Shown here piece by piece: positions 47,007 to 61,200 of a stretch of DNA of 64,000 nt. The position numbers were made by a program, and so were the translations under genes. Under the pieces are notes generated by a model. That model worked only from the letters and a program-made list of their open reading frames with translations. It was not told the origin of the DNA and made no database searches. The DNA is from Zygnema circumcarinatum SAG 698-1b (lineage: Eukaryota; Plantae; Zygnematophyceae), in NCBI GenBank assembly GCA_037447605.1, contig CM074804.1, forward strand, positions 4,317,909-4,381,908, read 5' to 3'. Within the stretch, counting starts at the first letter, position 1. Every line of letters begins with the position of its first letter.

Positions 47007-50000
47007 ATGGCTGCTGTATCCTTCTCCCGCGCCCTCCCTCATCTCGCCTCCGCGCCTTCTTGCTCAACTTCCGCGTCCTACTCTATATCCCCTTTTCGAA
47101 TAGAAAAACCACGTCCTTTCTACTCCGAAACCCTGAACCCTTGTACCTCGAATGAACCTTCATCCATAGCCAGGTTTAATCCCAGCAGAGGAAACTCGTG
47201 GTTCCCTAGCAGGAGGGTTGACAAACGGCGGAAAGTTGCAAGGGTTGCAGAAGCTTCTGGGAGGAGAGAGAAGAGAGAGGAAGAGAGAGATAGAGGGAGA
47301 CGGAAAGCGAAAGGGAGTGATCCGAAGGCTTCTCCTGTGGAAAGAGAGAAGAAGGGAAGCCATGGCCCTAGCATGGAGAGTAAAGGAAGAGATAGGAGTG
47401 ACCACAGCCACGGCGGTAGCAGCAGTAGGAGGAAAGGGAAAGTGTTTTCGCGGCAAGGGAGAGTGTGGACCTCGGGAGCGATCGAGATAGAGGATGAGAA
47501 GGTGCTACAGGATGAGGTGGGTCAGAAGGAAAAAGGAGTGGGATAGAAAGAGCGAGAATGAATCAAAGACATCAGAACTTGCGCATTTCTTTTTGATAAC
47601 TTTGTGCAATATCTAGGCGCTTTGCATGCGGAGACGCGAGAGAGCTTAAGGATTTCGTTTGAATTCATGGAGTAAGTAAGGCTTTTTGAGAAGGAGGCGT
47701 GTTTGAGTTTGGGCTTCCTGATATCTATCTTAGGTTTAGGGCAGAAGTTCCTGCATTTAGGTTTAAAATGTGCTTGAATTCAATCATTTCTTAACGGAGA
47801 GGATTAAGGAAAGAGCCTATACAATTCAAAACAGGAGAAGTTCGAAATTGCAAAAGTGATTCTGATTAAAATCTCAGCTTCAAACTATCACTGAATATCC
47901 TTTATAAAGAGGGTGAAATTACGATGAATACCAAGTGTTCGATTAATTAACCTTTTGTTTTTCCCTAAAAGTTTTGCATACAAACTTGTAATAACTGTTT
48001 GGCATAATGGAAAGGAAAAAGGTATTAAAACAGAGAATATTGCTCTAGATCTGGAGAAATCCATTTCTAGATTGTTCACGATATGAGCAAATTTATTAAA
48101 TCATTATTAAACCAAATTATTGTGCTCTGCGGAAAAAGGGCGTTTAATACTTTTACTAACCCTTAGGCACCTTTGTATATGTTAAACTTCAAACTTAAGA
48201 AACACCGACTGTGATTTGCCATCTACTTGTACGAGCTCCCTTCAAACCCATTTATATAGCACAGTTCTGCTTGCAAAACTCTCTCCGTTCCAAACTTACT
48301 TTTTGCGTATTCTTGTTGATGTTTACCGTTGCTCCTTTCAGATTCAGATTCTCCTTCTTTGTGCTTGACTGGTGTTAAGATTTCATTTGGGTTCTGGCTC
48401 TCGCATGCAGGAAATCATCACTAATCCCTTATGGACGACTTTCAGCAGCAGCACAGCCGGAGTGTGGAAGGGAGTGGCCGCCTCCTTTTCTCCCATCACA
48501 GGAGAGCTGGAGCCTATTGGATTAGGGTTGAAGGGAGAATATCTATATGATGCCAAGACTACATGCACGGTTACAGCTGAATTGAGTCGTGCACATGCTA
48601 CACAGCCGTTTCCGGTACTGAGACGGGTGCTTACATGGAGAGTAGGAAATTTAAACGGAGAGCAGGTGGAATCCGAAGGGGAAGGTTTCGATAGTGCGGG
48701 AGTGGGAGCAGTTATGGAGCTCACAAGGGAGGATTTGGAGATGATGTATAGGAGGTCAGGCGGCACAGAGGAGGAGGAGACAGAGGAATCCATAGAGGAT
48801 GAGGAAGAATTAGGGGTTGGAGAAGAGGGAGAGGAAGAGATGGATTTTGTCGGTGCTGGGATGGATGAAGACAACGAGGAGGAACTGTTGGAAGAGGAAG
48901 GAGAGGAGTGGGAGGATGGAAATGGAGGGGAGAGAGAGCGCATGGAGCAGTCGAAGGGTCGAGATGTCACCAATCAGGCAGTACCTGCCAGAGAGATGGA
49001 GCCGCCTTTAGTGGAAGGAGGGGCAGTGGTGGCCCAAGTGGAGGAGAGCAGCTCAACCGGTGAGGCGACAGGTGGTGAGGAGGGAGAGGAGGAGGCTGTG
49101 GAGGAGGATGAGATGGGTTGGGAGGCCGGCCTCGTGTTCTTTGAGGTGCTCCACTATGCCTCAAATCGAGGGGGAGAGGTTGGAGTTCGTCAGTCTCGGG
49201 CACTGAAGTGTGGTTTAGGATTTAAGGGGGAAGTGTTTCCAGGTAGCGAAATTGTGAGGGGTTCACATCTCTCCTTTCAACAAACATGCATTTTGCAAAG
49301 GAAGCTGACTCGTTTGCTTCTAACTTTTTACTTCTATGTGTTTGCTGTTCCCTGCAGGATGGTTCGTATTCACGGGGACCTTTAGAGTTGCTGCCGGACA
49401 GAGGGAGGAATGAAGGCAGGTCTGAGCAGGAATATGTCGTACTGCCGACATTCCAATTTGAGCAGGTCAGCAGCTATTGGTCCTGACGTCGTTCTATGCC
49501 GAGCTTCTGTGCGGATCACTGTCAGTTTCCGTTATCTGAGCACATCTAGAAGAAGCCCCACAAAGCTCACAAAAATTAGGAATCTAGAAACCCCGCAAGC
49601 CCTAATAACGAGAAAAGTTGACTTTGCAGTGCGTGGTGAGAGGGGGCCACACGAGACTGAGGATGCAGCACACGATTGCTGTCCACCCTGAGGGAGAGGA
49701 TATGGAGGTGCTGCGTGTGGCTGTGTATGAGGAGGAGTGGATGGGCCCAACCAACATGCGGGACATCAGGTGAGTCTTGTGTGTATGTGAAACAGAGTGA
49801 GCGCGAGAGCGAGAGCGGAGAGAGAGGGAGAGTGCGAGGGAGTAGTGAAAGATGAGGTAATGCGACTTCTCATTTTCGTCTACTTTCCTCTCCCTGACAC
49901 ATCACGTGTGAGAGTGTGGCAGCGATTCTAGCGGTTCGAAACTGAAGCCGTTGTCTGAACGCCCTCGGATCCGACCCGAGTCTCTGAAAGGGCCATGGAA

Positions 50001-50403
50001 AGTCTTTGAAGTGCTGGGTACCATTCTGGAGGATGGGGGAAACCACGAGTCAGGGGCTCAGGGCTTAGGGGTTCAGGGCGCAGAGAAGAGTGAAGGCCGA
50101 CCGACACTTGTACATTCGTGTCGGGAGACTTTGAGAGTCAATGGGGCACCCACTCCTGCTGCCCCGTATATGGACCAATCAGGGACCAGCATTGAAGATG
50201 TGAGCCTCCTTTGGTTGCCAGATGGCATCACGTCAAAGCTCGATGTTGATGAGGAGGATGGGACGTTGACTGTGGGAGTAGGGTGGCTAGCGGAGGACGG
50301 AACAAGGCTGTACATGGAACGGGTGTACGACCCGAATGGTCGGTTGCTAGAAGTTTTGAGCGGCTCGGAGGTGAAGGGGGGATGGGTGGGAGGCCGCATG
50401 TGA
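47007..50403 (+). CDS. Plastid-targeted DUF3598-like protein, multi-exon, with acidic insertion
   Basis: S/R-rich transit-like N-terminus; GVWKGVAASFSPITGELEP, DGSYSRGP, PTFQFEQ|CLV, RVAVYEEEW, WKVFEV, DVSLLWLPDG, GVGWLAEDG, MERVY. Family name from recall. Confidence 0.8.
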
Positions 50404-50751
50404 GCCCTCTATTGTTGGTGCTGGTCGGTGGCTTGGCTTATTTCGGTTTTGACTTTTTTATCGACACATTGGATGGAGATGAGCTTGAGAATAAGAATAA
50501 TGTGCGGCAGTGGAAGGCTTGAGAGGTAGATTTACACGCCGCACATTTTGTGCACTGAGTGACGGCTTTGGGGAGTGGGCATCTTCGTGTGCGTTATCAT
50601 GTTTCAACTTTTATCGTGGGTTGAACCTCAGGCGTTGAAACCTTAGGTGAAGAGGTTTGAGACCCCTGGAATGGAGTTTATCAACTTCAAATCTTCAACC
50701 GGTCGCATGTGGCACCCGGTTGGAATGCGCATGGACATTATTCAACTCCAT

Positions 50752-50832
50752 TAGGGCGTGTCAAACTTAACAAAATGTTACGAATATCGAATTCTTAGTA
50801 TTACGAGAATTCTTTAAGTCTGACACGGCCTA
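50752..50832. mobile_element. MITE family B, copy 2
   Basis: TAGGGCGTGTCAAACTTAA ... TTAAGTCTGACACGGCCTA. Confidence 0.65.
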
Positions 50833-52378
50833 TTGTAAAAAGTGTTTAATTTTCTCAGGCTGTTTGGTTTTACCGCAGTCGTCCGAGAGTCCGAGACACC
50901 AACCGAAACCGAACCGAGACCGAACCGAGACCAAACCGAAACCGTACGACTTTCGAAGCGAATCCCCTCTGATTTTTCCAGAGCTGACTGACTGACTAAC
51001 TGACTGCCTGCCACGCCCTCTTGACCGTTGCGTCACATTTCCTCCGGTGGGGCCGCGCCCCTTGTTGCGGCAGCAGTTGATCAGCCAGGCCAAGCCGAGC
51101 CAGCGGCGACGCTGGCCGGCTAGCCGGCTAACTGAGACTAGCGCAGTGTCTCGGCAGACTGCCACGTGGCGGGATCTGGGTGGGCCACCGGGGCTTCAAT
51201 CCAATCGGCGTCGAGATTTATTTATTGAATCAGTATCTTTCAATTGACTTGGAACATATGCGGAGTATCGATTCTTGGGAAGCGGACAGGGACTGGCTTT
51301 GGAGCTGGAGCTTGGAAGAGTGGCGGAGAGGGCGGGCGGTGTCGGCTGGTTGAATGCGGAACCCTAATTTCGGGTGTGCGGGTGGAAAAGCGAAACAAAA
51401 ATGAAATGGAATTGCAAAAGTGTTGATTAGGAGAGTTGCTTGTGCAAAATTGGTTTCATTTTGAATATTTTTATGTCAAATGTACTGGGAGACAGTGGAG
51501 ATGCTTCTCGGTGTTTTGGCTCGTGGATGTGGGACCGGGTGAGTATGGTACTTGTCTTTTCGCTTTTGGCGAATTGTGCTGATGCAAGTGAGAGGAATGC
51601 AGTAATGTGAGGGTCTGAGACGAAGGAGGTGGAGCCGATATACTCATACTGATACTAGGGTCGAACCGATGCTGATATGGAGATGCAGCATTCTATGAAG
51701 TCTTTTGAAGAGGCATATTTTTCGAAATTCTCGCAGTGCGACATGGAAAGGGACGAAGTAGATTTGAGAGCTTGGCGGTACTGATAGCGTAAATCGGAGT
51801 TCTGAAGTCTTGGCGCATAGAGTGGGATTTCTTGGTGCAAGTTATGTTATCCTAATGATAGTTGGAGGAAACTATCATTAATTTCATAATTTTCACCGGA
51901 ACGACGAGGTCCTGCTATGCCATCGGTCCTGTTGAGAATTGATTGGCCATCCACTTCAGCGCAGATTTGACTGATTCATTCTGCCTGCAATTCCAGAAAC
52001 ATTGTTAATTTTGATTAGTTTCTGAAGCAAGCAGTGTGTTGGAGCCCATCCGCAGGTGACAGCGGCACGGAGCCGGGCAATCAGCAGTAGTAAACGTCAA
52101 TTGAACTGCTCTGAACGTAACTGGAGTGTCATGTGAAACGCTGCTGGACGAGCAAACGTTACGAAGCTCTCGTCATGTGCTTGTTGATATCGCCCTCGTT
52201 GACATCATGGACTTCCACTAACAACAAAGCATTATACGATTTTCCTGAAAATTCCGTACGGTTCCCTGATATCATTTAATTGGATTTCGATCAAGTTCCT
52301 ATCAGGAGTAAAGTGGCAGAAGGCTTTTTGGAGATTTTGTGAGAAAAGAGAAAGTTCTAAAGGCGTGAACAACAACTT

Positions 52379-55300
52379 ATGCCGAGTGTTGGACAAATAA
52401 GAATGCTGGGAAAGCTTCGGGTGCTCACGTTCAACTTGCTGGCACCGGTGAGAAGCCGGAACACTACGTCAACCACTGAAATCCGCATGAAAGGTCACTT
52501 CTCGTGAATTCTCTTCTTGAACGTGTTGCGACAAGTACAGCATGAGAAGTATGAGCGGGCTTTCTTTTCCATCTAAGTCTCGAATGTTTGCCTGAACTTT
52601 GTCGTTCAGTTTCCCATATAACTATATCTCATCATCCGGCTGGAATACTGTTTTGAGCCTTGCAGATATACAAACGAGTGCGAGTGCCAGGAAGGTTCGA
52701 AGCTCGGGAAAGTGATGATGTCGCAGCGTACAAAGCGCGGCATTTGCAGCTCATTCAGCTCATTGCTGACAGCGGGGCCGACATCGTGTGCTTGCAGGTA
52801 TGCAGTCAGTTTGGCTAGGGAGGGGGAAGGAGAGGAGATAAAGGAAGGAGAGGGTTGGGTGGACGGGCGACATGGAGAAGGAAATGGAAGAGGGAAAAAA
52901 TGCGTGGGTCCGTACATGCGTGCATCCTCCTTGTACTGCCTTTTCCATTTGAAGTTAAAGTGATCACAAGTAGCGCTGTTGAGCTCATTTATGAGCCTGT
53001 GGGGTCTTAATCTGCACTGCTTGAAAAGGAAAAATGGAATCTCTGGGGGAAGGTGTTACTTGAGACTGTGAAAAGTAACATGGCTAGGTCAAAAGTCAAC
53101 AAGTGCAACTTCTGACATAGGGTAACGTTAACAAGGCTCTCTGTTGTTCGTGAGCAGGAATTTTGGTTCAATACAGAGCTTATGCAGATGTACGAGGACC
53201 TACTTGGGAGCAGATACGACTTTTATTATTTGCAAGTGAGTAGTCGACATGTTTTACTTCTCAATCCTTGCACAGTTTGCACTTTCTTTCTTTTCCCCCC
53301 TCCACTGAACAGTCAATTATCGCGCAGCGTAACACTCTTAAAATCTGGTGAATTCAGAAGTAATTGTTATGTCAAACTGAGTATCAATATCATTTGAACT
53401 TGGACGAGCTGTTTAATTTCTCCAAAAAATTGTGGATTGTGTTCTTATTGAGCATGTTTTGATAGGCATTGTTTCTTGCACTCTGCCAAAGATGAGTCAC
53501 CTTACAGAGTGGACGTTTTAACTGTCCGTTGTCGCTTCTTGCTGGACAGAGGACGGGACGCAAAGCTGATGGTCTGGCAACTCTCACTGCTCGTACTGTA
53601 GTGGTGGCAGATGTTCAGGTATGATGCCAACCAAGTACCTGCTCCAAATTTAAGGATGATCATTTAGGAAGTGAGGAACGTGGTAGAAATAGTGGTGTGC
53701 TGGTTCGAGAGTGGATAGTTTTGACATCACCACGTTCAACTGAATTGTATTTGTAGAAGCTGTGTTCGTCGTTGACCCTTTGGAACAACGGCAAAAGAGC
53801 TGAACTGACATGCTGAATCGATTGCTGATTTCTATAATATCTATCCCATGAGTCGTTTACGCATTCTTTTTTATCCATGTTAAAATCTGTCTCGTATATT
53901 AGGTGTGCCATTATGTACCTTCTGTACATATACATATATGCATATGCATATATATGTATGTTTGCGTGCATGTATACATGCACGCTATGTATACACTCTG
54001 TATACTTAGTATGAGCTCTTCTTGACGGTGGCTTTCATCAAGTTTAACGACTATGTGGCTGCCTTCATGGCACCAACATTGGGTAAGTGCTGCCATGCGT
54101 TATGCACGAGGATTGATATCCGCTGTTTCCAATGCTCTATGGTTATTCATTCAGGAGCTGCGCATGGGAGGCGGGGATCGAGTTGCGCTGTTACTCTGCC
54201 TTACTCCCACGGCTGCTCAGGTTCGTTGCTTTGATGTCTGAGTTCAGCAGCAGCAATAGCAGATTCGTTGGCTGGACAAAAGACAGTTGCGCTTTTTAGG
54301 ATGTTTGGGAGATTTGGGGTTTATGGAGGGGAGGTAAGGAAATGAGCCGTCAAGTTAGTTATTGTTGTTGCTGTGGAAGGCAAAGAGGGGCAACGATGGG
54401 GATGGGTTTTCAGGTTTTAAACGTTATCTTTTTGGAGTCAAGATTTGGATGTGAGGAAATTGCACTTGTTTGTATAGACTATCAGGAATCATTTAAGGTC
54501 AGGAAGGACCAGAAGAGCAAGTTTGCAGCGCCAAAAGGCTAGCGTGCTGGTGGCTAATATTTTTTTTGTTTTCCCATCCTTTGTGGGTGGATGGATTCAG
54601 CGAGAAGAGACGGTGTTGAACAATTGCTCGTTTTTGGTGCTGAACACCCATCTCAGGTGAGAGTCAATCAGATAGCATTTTTTTGCACTTAATCCGCTCT
54701 ACCATTTACCTAACTGCTCCCATTTGACTGTTTTTAGCCCCTTTGCGGTGAGTATGGCGTATGATGTGCCCCCATTAACGCAGTTTTTGGTATTTTGTGT
54801 TTTCTCCTCCTCTTCGCTCTCCTGTTTTCCCCACCTCCTACCGTGCCCCACTTTTCCCCCTTGGGTTTCTTCCTTGCCTCCTTGTACTTCTCCCCTTTTC
54901 TCTCTCCCTCCCTACCCCCTTCCCTCTCCCTCCATCTCCTCCTTGCTTGCAGCTTCAACCATGGCTCTCTTTGGGACGAAGGTATGCGCGCTCGGCAGGC
55001 GCAACAGATTTCATGGCATGTGGACGAGTATGTCACTAAGCGCAGAATGGAGGCAGCACCTGTCGTCCTGGCAGGGGATTTCAACGGAAGGTTAGCTCTC
55101 TCCCTTCAAGCGCAGACCATGCTAGAATCACAAACTCTTCAAGTTCTCCTTTCTTTCTTCGCCTTTCATCTTTCGTTTGAAGCACGCGAAAACACAAGCT
55201 CATTCCTTTTTTCCATCTCGAAGCGACTTTGCGTAACTTCCATCCTTTTCCACTTCTTTCAGGGGGAGGCAAATGTGGCTTTTGAGCGAGTTCTGCAGAG

Positions 55301-56375
55301 AATTTGAAGCTTGTTGATCATGAAAATTCGCCATCTGCAGGATTGGTTTCCAGTTGGCATTCTTATCATGTCACGCGGGGCCCTTATGGTTCTGTTGAGC
55401 TTGCAGCAATGACGTTGTGACGCAGCATCTTGCCGGCCAAGGCTACCGCTCGTCATACGCAGCCACGGGGGGGCAAGCATCTCCAGTCACACATTTGACG
55501 CATAATAACGATGAGGTGAGCAGCAAGGGGTAAAATCGCCAAAGTCAATCTCTTGGGGCAATTCAACCCTGAACTGCGTGGGCCTTCAAAAACTCTACTG
55601 TAGGTATTTGAGCTGTTGGAAGCAGAGTTGAAAACTCCCTTATTTCTGAGGGACCAGAAGTCGGATCTTTGCTTACTTCAGAAAGCCGAAATTTCTGAGA
55701 TTAGGGAATGCCCCAAAGTTTTTGGGGAGCCCCAGAGAGTGGGATAGTGGATCAGGGAAGACTAAGACGAATGCTCGTACAAAGGGATCACCTTTTGTCA
55801 ATCCTACTTTGTCATTTGCTTGCGGGCTCTGTATGACCCCAAGCAATTTCATTTAGCTATTCCTGCCATCCTTGACATATTCTGTTAAAAGTGGTCCTTG
55901 TTCCCCCCTGCTGTTGACTTGAGTTGACTAGTATCACTTATGTTGACCAATGCCGACCAATGCCGACTCGCCGATTGAGTCACAAAACTCACTCGATGGA
56001 TGGTGCTTACTGATTGTGGCTGACATTGACCGGTCTTGACTGAAACTGACCGAATGCCCGCATGAACCCAATTTTCTGTCGTATGCGCAGCTGCAAGCAG
56101 ACTATATTTTTTTGAGAACGCCCTCAGCACAGGGCAGAAGCAGTAGCAGTGGGGGTGTAGGAGGGGGGAGGGAGTCCTTCACTGGAGGGGGGAAAGCAGG
56201 GACTGTGCGGACATGTGCTCCCCCTGCCCAACTTGTTCTACGGGTCCTGGAATGCCAATTGCTTCCTAAGGAGTTTCCCGTTCATTGCTGGCCCCACGAG
56301 TGTTTTTTGATTTCCGACCATCGACCGCTTTGTACAGATTTTGAACTGGAAACCTTTCCAGTTTTGCCTGCGTAA
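52379..56375 (+). CDS. Endonuclease/exonuclease/phosphatase (EEP, DNase I-like) protein, At1g02270-like
   Basis: LTFNLLAP|IYKR, DIVCLQ|EFW, DGLATL, GDRVALL, LNTHL, VLAGDFNG, THNNDE|LQADYIF, SDHRPL; in-frame upstream stop supports ATG 52379. Confidence 0.92.
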
Positions 56376-57026
56376 GTAGTAGTGCGTACTGGTTTGGGCA
56401 CAGCCTAATAGAACTAGCTGCCGCAGCATTGGAGTGACACTTGGAGGTAGTTTTTTGAAAATTATGTTTTCCTGTATTTAGCCAGCGTCTCGCTGGCTCC
56501 CCTTTTAGGCTTTATCCAGAGTGGGGCTTTTGCGGGGGATAGTTTATCTTTTCCAGGTGAAGGGTTCATGGGACTCCAGTATTGATTAGCTGCAGGTTAT
56601 ACCCGTCAACGGAAGATGTTGTGATAGAGACTGTTGACAGGTGATTTTTGCAACGTGAACGTGCCTTCAATATTAATCTGCTAATCAGGGTGCTGCTCGA
56701 TTAGAGTTCTCCATTCCCACCCTTCTTAACTCGTTCATGTACAGGACGGCGTGTTCACACTGTTTTATGATCTGTGTTACGTGATCATGGAATTTGTTGA
56801 GAAATAAACTGTCTACCAAACATTCGAAGAAATGAGTGAATTGTACGCCCTTGTACGCGCTTGTGTACCATACAAGAATTTCAAAGACAAGCACAGCATT
56901 CTTGAGCATTTGACAACCCTTACCTTGATTTAATTGGCAAAAAATATCTTACAGTTTAACAAGGAGTTGTTTGGTGTGTTGATATTACTTATTTTGGAGA
57001 AAAAAATGTTAATTCTATTTTTAAAG

Positions 57027-57969
57027 GGGTAGTGATATTTCCACCCCTTTTTTGGATCCAAACACCCCTTCCCGGCCGGGCAGATTTCAAAAGGGATTAA
57101 AAACAGAAAATGCTTTTTCACACCTTTTTGGAATCGATACCCACCTTCTTCCGTCGGCTGATTTTATTTTTGCTAACCAAGGAAAATGATACCCCGTCAC
57201 CGCATTTTGAATACTGTCTCCCGCCTCCCTGATTTTTTTTTTTGAGGGAAAGAAATAGATCCTGCCCGAATCCGCTCGGAGCGGCAGATCCGTCCGCCAC
57301 GAGATCGTTCGCGGGTGTCCGTCCTTCACACGTGTGTGTCAATCGCAGCTGTCGATTCCCTCGCAGATCACACCACTGCACATCACCGTTCGATCTGCAG
57401 CCGGGCTCGATCTTAGCGAATGGAAAGCGCCCACGAGTCCCGTCAAAGCCAAATCGCACTTGCGAGTGCGCGCGTCCTTCGGCCCGAGATCTCGTCATTG
57501 TTAGCTCCCAGCCAATCAACATCTGTCACGTGTTACATTTTTGACGTGGAAAATTTTGATTGGTTTAAGATCTCAATGTACGAAATTTTGGGTTCATCGA
57601 GTTGCGACCGTACGACATTTGTACGGACAAACATTTGAGAGGACTTTGGCGGGATACGTGGGCACGTGCCATGCGCTGTGACCGAGCCCGGCTGCCGATC
57701 AAATAGTGATCTGCCGTTTGCGATCTGCGAGGGAATCGACGGCTGCGATTGACCGTAAGCGTGAAAAAAAATTCAGGTAGGCGGGATATTCAAATGGGGT
57801 GACGGGTTATCATTTTCCTTGTTTCGCAGAAATAAAATCTGCCGATGGAGGGTGGTATCGATTCCAAAAAGGTGTGAAAAAAGCATTTTCCGTTTTTAAT
57901 CCTTTTTGAAATCTGCCCGGCCGGGAAGGGGTGTTTGGATCCAAAAAAGGGGTGGAAATATCACTACCC
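57027..57969. mobile_element. Non-autonomous long-TIR Mutator-like element, copy 3
   Basis: TIR GGGTAGTGATATTTCCACCCC...; exact 9-bp TSD TTTTTAAAG at 57018-57026 and 57970-57978. Confidence 0.93.
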
Positions 57970-58299
57970 TTTTTAAAGTGGAGTACAACAATGCCAGTGC
58001 GGCGCCAAAGCTCTCCTGAAACGCGCCAACGCCCCAAATCGACGTTGAGGCTTGGGCGTGGCTTGAGCCCGAAAGTGCCGAAGCCGTCAGTAATGCGAAA
58101 AGTGTCTCCTGCACATTGGAGCTCCGCTGTCAGGCGAAGGGCCTCAGCAAGGTCTATCTTGATAGAGAGGGGAGAGAGAGGAGAGCGGATTGCGAGAGTA
58201 GAGGGAAAAGAACATTGCGTTAGAGAGGACATGCTCGCGCTTACGCACGCATTCCTCTCCTCTTCGTAACATTCTGAACCTTAATCAACGAAGTCGGAA

Positions 58300-61200
58300 A
58301 TGACTCTCTTTCAAAGAGTGAAGCTTCCTTCCTTGCAGTCTCCTTGGGCTGGACTCTCCCCACCCTCTCTAAGCTCGCTGCCCCTCTCTCTTGGCTCCTT
58401 CCTTGCGGGCTGCATAGTCACAGGGTTGTTTTTTAACTTAGGGAATGTGCAATGCGTTTCGAAGGAGTTCGTTGCAGGTTAGTGGCCTTTCAAATCTCAC
58501 GCCCGCAATGTAGGGCATAGGGGGAGCGTTTGGAATAAACAGGAGAGAGAAGATGGAGGGAAGAGAGAAAGTTGGAGTGGGGAGAGGGAGAGGGGGGCGA
58601 GCGGAGGGAGAGGAGGAAAAGGGAAGGGGACGAGGGAAAAGAGGCGCGAGGAGTTAGGGCTTGCATTTGGAGCCTGTCGTAAATGATATGTCGGAGAGAA
58701 GGGGCGTACAATGCAATTGACGTTATCTTCAAGAGCGGCCAATTTTGATGTAAAATGCAGATGTAAACAGTACCCGTAGTCGGAACTCTAAATCAGACTT
58801 AGAAACATAGAGTTGAAAAAGTGTTAGATTTGCTGACAGCTTAAGCTTCGGCACTGGATGTGAGGAATTTCTACCTTTCGGACAACCGTTAATTCTTCTA
58901 CCAGTTTTAAACTATGCAGGAACGAGTTGGAAAGACAAAACACTTTCTGCAATTACAGATTGTTGTGATAAGCTCAATGAAAGATTTCTGGAACTTTCCG
59001 TAAATCTATTCATTTTACGATTTATTTTAAAATCGTTTTGTTAACAGCATTCAACTCGGAAAACTGAACTACATGCAGGAGCCCAATGCTGGTCGTCTTA
59101 TTGATGCTGATCTTCTCCTTTATCTAGATCTTACTCCTGTAATCAACCCTTAGTTTTTTCTGTGATTAAGGTGGGGATAGACCTCCTTTGAACAGCACCA
59201 GAATAACTGCAATTGCACGAGATAAATCTTATGTGCATTATATTGTACGAATGAGTTTTCCCGTTCTAACACCCTAAACAATTTTCATAAGGGAGTTCAA
59301 CTCTAGCCGACTATTTTCGTCTCTCAGAACTTTGCTCTCTTGTCCTGCTTTTTTTGATCCACAGATCATTCAGTATCACCTCTTGACTTTACTTCTTGCC
59401 GGAATTGGCTTCCACCCAACGTCTCCACTGATGACAATGGGTGGGACAACGGTTTAAAGGTAAGCTAAATCATCACCTAAGCTCAAAATACACTTTAACT
59501 TCAAAATGCTTGTTCATACGTAAAGTCGACTTCCAAGTCAATCTGCACACTTAGCAATGCGATCACGTCAAGGCCTAATTAGTTGGCGAAGTCTTTAGAA
59601 TTCCCATGTCTTCGAGGATCAAAGTGACCAAGAATTTGTCAACTGCAATAGTACAAGAAATATCCGGCAACAGTGTGAAGAAGGACATCTGTTTATGGGC
59701 TATTTTGGGAAAAAAACATCATCAATTATCATTCTGCATTCTTAATCATTGTTCCGGTAGCTAACACAACCGGCATCGGTCTGTTCTTCAATCTTTTTAA
59801 CCTAATCCCGTCATGGCGCACGGAACTGTCGCCTGACTGGCAGCACGTGGGACGGCCAGCAGAGTGCTCCGTGAAAGGCTTCCTCATAGAGGAACTCGAC
59901 CCGGAAGTGAATTTTCGGAGAGGATTTGCATACGGACATGTGTCGGATGTGGAGGATCGGACATACCTGTTACCTTACTTTCTCGCCGCAAAAGACCCTG
60001 CATTGCAAAGAAGGTATAGCTCGTGGAGTGTTGAAATTGTCTCAAAGCACCTTTTATTGTGGCCGATCTTCTTTAGAGCAGAGGGCTAAGATGTACTCGT
60101 GTCGAAGGTTGATTTAGATTTTCGCTTTTGTTGGAACCTCATGTGTTCTTATTGCGTTTTTCGTATGGGCTTGGAGATTTAAGGAGTTTGGAAATGGGGG
60201 GTAGAGCTGGTTATGAAGTTGAGTTTTCAATGCAATTTTTTTTCTTTCCTGAATTGCCTTTCAGGAAACGGAAAATCTACTTGGACTTAGGAGGGAGAAC
60301 TTTCGATTCGAGTCTTGAATGGTTCGTGCGTTATTATCCGTTGGACTTTACGGAGTTCCATGTATTCGAGGTGAACATCAGCAGTTTCGTCATTCCTCCA
60401 CTCCATGATAAGCAAGAGGTGAGCTTCTCTCACTCTCATTCTCTCCCTCCCTCCCTCCTTCCTTCCTTCCCCCCTTTCCTCTCTCCCTGTCTTTCTCTAA
60501 CTCACTGTCCCTCCCTTTCACGGGAGGCTTCAAACTCTGTGCGAGATGTGGAACTAAACGCTTGAAGGTTCTTTTGGGAGCAGGAGGCCTTGTCGAGCCT
60601 CACCAAACATTCACTGCGGCGACCGCGCGGTGTGCCCGTACCCGTGACCAACAGCGTACTCGAGAAGGTCAAATTGTATGACGTGTTTGTTTCCAATTTC
60701 GACGGGAAAATGAATTTTCTTCACAATAAAGTGGTAAGCATTGCTGGAATTCCTGTTCAGGTTGAAAGGGAGCTGGATTTTATCTCCCGATGATAGGTGG
60801 GGGCGGAAAAATTTCAGGTGCTACTTTTCTTGAAATGTCGTCTATCTCCTTAAGGGAAGCTTAGGTTCTGAAAAGGAGATATCAGCGTTTCGGAATAGCA
60901 GACAGGAGGAAGTTCCCTCTCTCTCTCTCTCTCTCTTCTCCTCCCCCCTATCGCCCCACACCCTCACTCCCTCTCGTCTCTCATTCGTTCTTAATTTCTC
61001 CTTGTTCTCTTTGTACAACCTATACTGGTTGTGCAGGATGTGTGGAACATCACACGCTTTATCAAGGAGGAATTGAAGGCCACAAAAGACGACACTTTGA
61101 TTGTGAAAATGGATATTGAGGGAGCGGAATACGGCATCCTGCAGGGTACGAAGAAGCTTATCATACGTCATCAAATTTTTATGATAAGTTTATCCCAGTT

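Noticed and set aside
53925-53998. Alternating purine-pyrimidine (TA/CA) tract
   Set aside because: Ordinary degenerate intronic microsatellite
59651-59760. Apparent frameshift at the A7 run (~59710) in the FkbM-like gene
   Set aside because: An in-phase 110-bp GT-AG intron (59651-59760) removes it; RNA-seq would settle the point
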